This document shows, piece after piece, positions 59,897 to 64,000 of a stretch of DNA of 64,000 nt (positions within the stretch are counted from its first letter, which is position 1; each line of letters starts with the position of its first letter). The stretch comes from Clostridiales bacterium. GTDB taxonomy: Bacteria > Bacillota > Clostridia > Saccharofermentanales > Saccharofermentanaceae. Made by a program: the position numbers and the translations under genes. The stretch covers positions 48,573 through 112,572 of the forward strand of contig JAFWDK010000003.1 in assembly GCA_017513085.1 (NCBI GenBank), written 5' to 3'. The notes below the pieces were generated by a model that was given only the letters and a program-made list of their open reading frames with translations, was not told where the DNA came from and searched no databases.

Positions 59897-61216
59897 CTAC
59901 AAAAACATAACCATATAATGCGGTATCGATAGTTTTCCATCTGCCTCACCAACATTACCACTTATAACTTTATAGGCTATGGACGGCTCGTACTTTGCTA
60001 TATAACGATTGAGAGATTTTGTAGCGGTGTTTCCGGCCTTTACTTCTATAGGCCGCACCTCTCCGTCTTTTTCAATGAGGAATTCCAATTCGGATTCTTC
60101 ATCCGGCTTATAGTAATGAAGGAAGTAACCTTTTTTCACCAGCGCTTCAGCAACAAAATTCTCATAGATTCCGCCTTTTGCAAATCCAACAAGGGTATTA
60201 TTCAAGACTGCAAGTTTTGTTTCAAATCCAAACAATCCCATCAAAAGACCGGTGTCATTCAAGTAAATCTTGAATTCATTATCTTTCTCGTTATATCGTA
60301 ATGGCAATTGAGGCACACGTAGATTCTTACATGAAAATGCCATATTCGCATCCACAAGCCATTGAATACTATCACCATATTTCTTTGCTGTTGACTTCTT
60401 TTCTACTTCTGAATACTTAAATTTCTTGTTTTCTCTGGCTAATTGATTAGGAATAGAATCATAACACTTCCTAACTTTGGTTGTTTCTACCCCCTTCGCA
60501 TGCTGCGCTATATCATCCTCATAATCAGCGATCAATCTAATCTGAATATCATGCACACGGTTGTAATCCTTATGTTCCACAAAATCAGCCACAACCTCAG
60601 GCATACCGCCGACTACGATAAACTCCCTTACCAGATTCTCGTATTGCTGATGTATCCCATCTGGGACAGCGATTCTCTTATCATAAAACTCCTTCAAATA
60701 AGAGATAGCATCTTCGGAATAACCGTGTGCCCAGAGGAACTCCTCAAAATCTAAAGAGTACATCATTACAGGTATCTCATACCCTACCGGGATAGACTCG
60801 ACTTCTTCAACCTCTTTATCCGCATCTTTACCATAAGATAACCCCAATAATGATCCTGATGCAATGACATCAAACCTGCCATCCTCTGCTAGGAATTTTA
60901 ATGCTGTTCTTGCAGCTGCACATTTCTGGATCTCATCAAGAAAAACCAGTGTCTTTCCCGGGATCAATTTAATACCCGGCATACTCGCAGTCATTCTCTT
61001 ATAGATTTCTTCTCCTGAAAGACCGCCGCTGAAGACCTGTTTTAATTCAGGCTGACGATAAAAGTTTATTTCTATGAAACTTTCGTACTCAGCTTCACCA
61101 AATGCGCGAATCACATATGTCTTTCCAACTTGCCTTGCCCCTTTAAGAATCAGACACTTCTTGTTGTTACTGTTTTTCCATTTTAGAAGTTGACTATATA
61201 CTTTGCGTTTTAGCAT
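59897..61216 (-). CDS. AAA+ ATPase with DUF4143/nuclease-fold C-terminus
   Basis: GARQVGKT, FLDEIQ, ASGS, VGGMPE, DTGL, ELEF..PIEVK; GGAGG RBS before ATG 61216. Confidence 0.85.
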   Translation of the reverse strand: MLKRKVYSQLLKWKNSNNKKCLILKGARQVGKTYVIRAFGEAEYESFIEINFYRQPELKQVFSGGLSGEEIYKRMTASMPGIKLIPGKTLVFLDEIQKCAAARTALKFLAEDGRFDVIASGSLLGLSYGKDADKEVEEVESIPVGYEIPVMMYSLDFEEFLWAHGYSEDAISYLKEFYDKRIAVPDGIHQQYENLVREFIVVGGMPEVVADFVEHKDYNRVHDIQIRLIADYEDDIAQHAKGVETTKVRKCYDSIPNQLARENKKFKYSEVEKKSTAKKYGDSIQWLVDANMAFSCKNLRVPQLPLRYNEKDNEFKIYLNDTGLLMGLFGFETKLAVLNNTLVGFAKGGIYENFVAEALVKKGYFLHYYKPDEESELEFLIEKDGEVRPIEVKAGNTATKSLNRYIAKYEPSIAYKVISGNVGEADGKLSIPHYMVMFL

Positions 61217-61278
61217 AATGGCTCCTCCTAACTTTTCATATATTAAGAATAGCACAAAAACAGGGTCTATTAAACATT

Positions 61279-61360
61279 TTGCCGATTTTAGGATGTTTAT
61301 TTTGAGCAAATTTGCCGATTTTAGGATGTTTGCTTCGAGGAAAATTGCCGATTTTAGGAT
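61279..61360. repeat. Three identical 16-bp direct repeats, 33-bp period
   Basis: TTGCCGATTTTAGGAT at 61279, 61312, 61345. Confidence 0.9.
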
Positions 61361-61381
61361 ATTTTCTCAAGAAATCAAACG

Positions 61382-61939
61382 TCAAACGTCAAACTCCACG
61401 GTGCCGTCTTCGATCCGATAGATCGCGCCGACGACCTTCAGTCCGGTTTCCTCGTCTTTCTGGATCATAAGACTGGATTTGATGATCTCCACGCTTCTTC
61501 TCACATTGAGAAGGGCCGCCTGATAATCGTCGGTTTCACTTCCGATCGCCTGCTTGATCTCATCAGTGATGAACTTGATGTAGCCCTCTGGATCATGGTG
61601 GATCGCCGCCGTGACAGCACCACACTGAGTATGCCCGAGCACAACGATCAGATTCGTTCCCAGATGCCCCGCCGCGTATTCGATGCTTCCCAGCTGATGA
61701 TCGTCGATCACATTTCCGGCCACACGTATCGTAAACAGATCTCCGATGGCCGCATGGAAGATCCTTTCCGGGATCACGCGGGAATCCGAGCATCCGATAA
61801 TGATGGCATACGGCTCCTGTCCGTTCTTCGCGAAATGCTCCAGCGTCGTCGGGGATACATCCATCTGAAAGGTATCCGCAGCAACATATTGCTTATTTCC
61901 TTCTTTTAGACGTTTGATCGCTTCTTCCGCCGAGATCAT
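61382..61939 (-). CDS. Beta-class carbonic anhydrase
   Basis: LKEGN, GCSDSRV, RVAGN, SIEYA, LGHTQCGA. Confidence 0.93.
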   Translation of the reverse strand: MISAEEAIKRLKEGNKQYVAADTFQMDVSPTTLEHFAKNGQEPYAIIIGCSDSRVIPERIFHAAIGDLFTIRVAGNVIDDHQLGSIEYAAGHLGTNLIVVLGHTQCGAVTAAIHHDPEGYIKFITDEIKQAIGSETDDYQAALLNVRRSVEIIKSSLMIQKDEETGLKVVGAIYRIEDGTVEFDV

Positions 61940-62352
61940 TGGGATTCTCCTTCGCTGTCTTTGTTACTCTCTCTTTTCTCTCTTTTCTTTCTTCTCTGTT
62001 CCCGGTTATTCTTTTCGGATTCAAAGATCTCTACTGCGGCATCAGTCAGTTCATCCGGCCATACCCGGCCACTGGGTTTCACGTTTGCCCAGGGACAGAG
62101 TTTCTCGTAATCATCATCGAAAACCACCGTATATGGCGGACCGCACCGGTCATTGACATCCATGTAGAGGTGCCGTCCCTCAGTAATCAGCTTGTATGTG
62201 TCTTCATCACTCATCCCATCCCCAAGACCCGTAAAGATCTCTTCTGTTATTTCGTAGAGGTCGTGATATCCACATCCTTTGCGTTCGGCCGTGTATATCC
62301 CCGTCTTCTCATCATAGCAGGCTCTCCAACCTGATCCTTCTTTAAATTGCAT
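61936..62352 (-). CDS. Hypothetical protein
   Basis: 138-aa ORF with GAGGT RBS, ATGA overlap with carbonic anhydrase. Confidence 0.7.
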   Translation of the reverse strand: MQFKEGSGWRACYDEKTGIYTAERKGCGYHDLYEITEEIFTGLGDGMSDEDTYKLITEGRHLYMDVNDRCGPPYTVVFDDDYEKLCPWANVKPSGRVWPDELTDAAVEIFESEKNNREQRRKKREKRESNKDSEGESQ

Positions 62353-62410
62353 TTTTCACACACCTCTTGTAATAAATAAAAACATCTGGCATTGACATTA
62401 CATCAAATAA

Positions 62411-63664
62411 TTAAAGCCCAATCATCCCTACAGGACAATAATATGCATTTCGGTTCAGGGGTAATATTGATTCTCCCGTATCAATGATCAATCCGGTTGC
62501 AACAGGCATCTTATATTGATCAAGGATACTGAAATTCTTGTTCGCATTATCCTTCCCAATACCCTTTTTAATCTCAATCGGATATATTGTCTGATCCTTG
62601 ATATAAAGGATATCCACCTCTTTCTGATCTCTGTCTCTGTAATAGTATAGAGTATACTCAACTCTTTTGCCGTCATTACGTAAGCTCTTGACAATCTCGC
62701 TCACAACATAAGTTTCAAAGAATGCTCCGGACATTGGTGAAGCCTCTAAGATTCTCGAGTCAGACCACCCGCAAAGATATGCGCATAATCCTGTATCCAG
62801 AAAATATAACTTAGGAGTCTTGATGATCCTTTTTGCCATATTATTCGCGTACGGCTGTAGAAGCATTGTTATCCCTGAAGCTTCAAGTATGGATAGCCAA
62901 CCTTTCGCTGTTCTGGAATCAATTCCGACCGCTCTTCCTATTTCTGTGTAATCTACTTGCTGTCCCGTTCTAAGTGCTGTTATTGTCATAAACCTGCGGA
63001 AGTCATCCATTTTGTCAACATTGATCATTCTGCTGACATCTTTTTCCAGATATGTTGATATGTAACTTTCAAAAAAAGTTGTTCTGTCCGTATTATTGAT
63101 CCAATATTCCGGCATGCCACCTTTGAATATCTCCTCAAATACTTCAAATCTGTTTTTCTTCGAAAGCTTTGATTGTTTCCTTTTGATTATCTTGATGTCA
63201 GGGACAAAAGCTTCTCCCTCGACTTGCCTTTTCTCACATTCTGTTAGTGATCCAACTTCGATTATTGCTGTTCTTCCGGCCAGAGTTTCTGATGCTTGCT
63301 GTCTTATCTCGTGTGTATTAGAACCTGTCAAAATGTACATTAAGCCAATGTTCTCTCCGGTCTTCACACTATTAAGTTTCGCTTCATCAATTTTGATCTT
63401 AATAGCTTCCATTAAAATGTCGGCTTTCTGTATCTCATCTATGATCAAGGGCATTCCGTGAGACTCAAGAAACAGCTCAGGATCTTGTTTTGCAAGTGCA
63501 CGCTCTCTGCTATTATCCAAAGTTACGTATTCAATATGATCAAACATGGTTCTCACCATTGTTGATTTTCCTGTCTGTCTGGCGCCATAAAGGGTAATGC
63601 ATGCAAACTCACCGGCAGCTTTCAATATAGTCTTTTCCAATTGTCTGTGGTAATACACTGTCAT
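62411..63664 (-). CDS. AAA+ ATPase with DUF4143/nuclease-fold C-terminus
   Basis: GARQTGKS, IIDEIQ, LTGS, GGMPE, KLYFLDTGL, FFET, EVD..PIEIK; GGAGG RBS before ATG 63664. Confidence 0.87.
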   Translation of the reverse strand: MTVYYHRQLEKTILKAAGEFACITLYGARQTGKSTMVRTMFDHIEYVTLDNSRERALAKQDPELFLESHGMPLIIDEIQKADILMEAIKIKIDEAKLNSVKTGENIGLMYILTGSNTHEIRQQASETLAGRTAIIEVGSLTECEKRQVEGEAFVPDIKIIKRKQSKLSKKNRFEVFEEIFKGGMPEYWINNTDRTTFFESYISTYLEKDVSRMINVDKMDDFRRFMTITALRTGQQVDYTEIGRAVGIDSRTAKGWLSILEASGITMLLQPYANNMAKRIIKTPKLYFLDTGLCAYLCGWSDSRILEASPMSGAFFETYVVSEIVKSLRNDGKRVEYTLYYYRDRDQKEVDILYIKDQTIYPIEIKKGIGKDNANKNFSILDQYKMPVATGLIIDTGESILPLNRNAYYCPVGMIGL

Positions 63665-63706
63665 AACCTCCACTTGCTTAACTGAGATGATTATAATTCA
63701 AATTCA

Positions 63707-63740
63707 CGGCAAAAACAACATCGCGATGTCGTTTTTGCCG
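63707..63740. repeat. 34-bp near-perfect palindrome upstream of AAA+ ATPase
   Basis: CGGCAAAAACAACATCG-CGATGTCGTTTTTGCCG, one mismatch. Confidence 0.8.
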
Positions 63741-64000
63741 AAGTTTGTTCACCACAACTGCAATTGAGATTTGTCATAATTTCAACATCTTTTAATACAA
63801 AAAATGTCATTTCTTCACTATTTTTATCACACTGACAATTTATTGATCCAGCCATTCTCTTAGTCGAATAAATACTTCTTCCTTATCTTTAGCAGGTATT
63901 ACCCCGCTCTTTTTCAACGCATAATGATGTCCAAACTCGCTATCAGTATAAATGCTCTCGTTTAGCATTACGGGCTTATCATATCTTGGCCTTACATGAA

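Noticed and set aside
61279-61360. CRISPR array
   Set aside because: Only three 16-bp repeats with 17-bp spacers, too short, and no cas genes

Overview
A 64-kb chromosomal window from a Bacillota (Clostridia-like) anaerobe; the taxonomy is inferred from gene content. About 57 kb of it (3020-59788) is a metal-acquisition region, most likely for iron. It holds four IrtAB/YbtPQ-like heterodimeric ABC pairs, an MptD-type ECF transporter, feoAB, a Zur-box-led ZnuABC operon, three FtsX/MacB-type ABC systems, and AraC, TetR and Crp regulators. It also holds a nine-gene operon that joins a nitrogenase-like (NifH/D/K-like, non-N2-fixing) reductase to a metal-chelate ABC importer and a HypB/UreG-like GTPase. 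A 16-bp palindrome, GTTAGC-N4-GCTAAC, ties the region together: I found 12 exact and 5 near copies. It also precedes xylA and eno, and one copy follows a consensus promoter with no downstream gene, a candidate metal-repressed sRNA. A Cys/His leader protein followed by an SD-sequestering hairpin precedes znuA. The right end has two AT-richer AAA+/DUF4143 ATPases with upstream repeats. I saw no rRNA, tRNA, CRISPR array, transposase or integrase. All calls come from motif reading by eye; no database searches were run.
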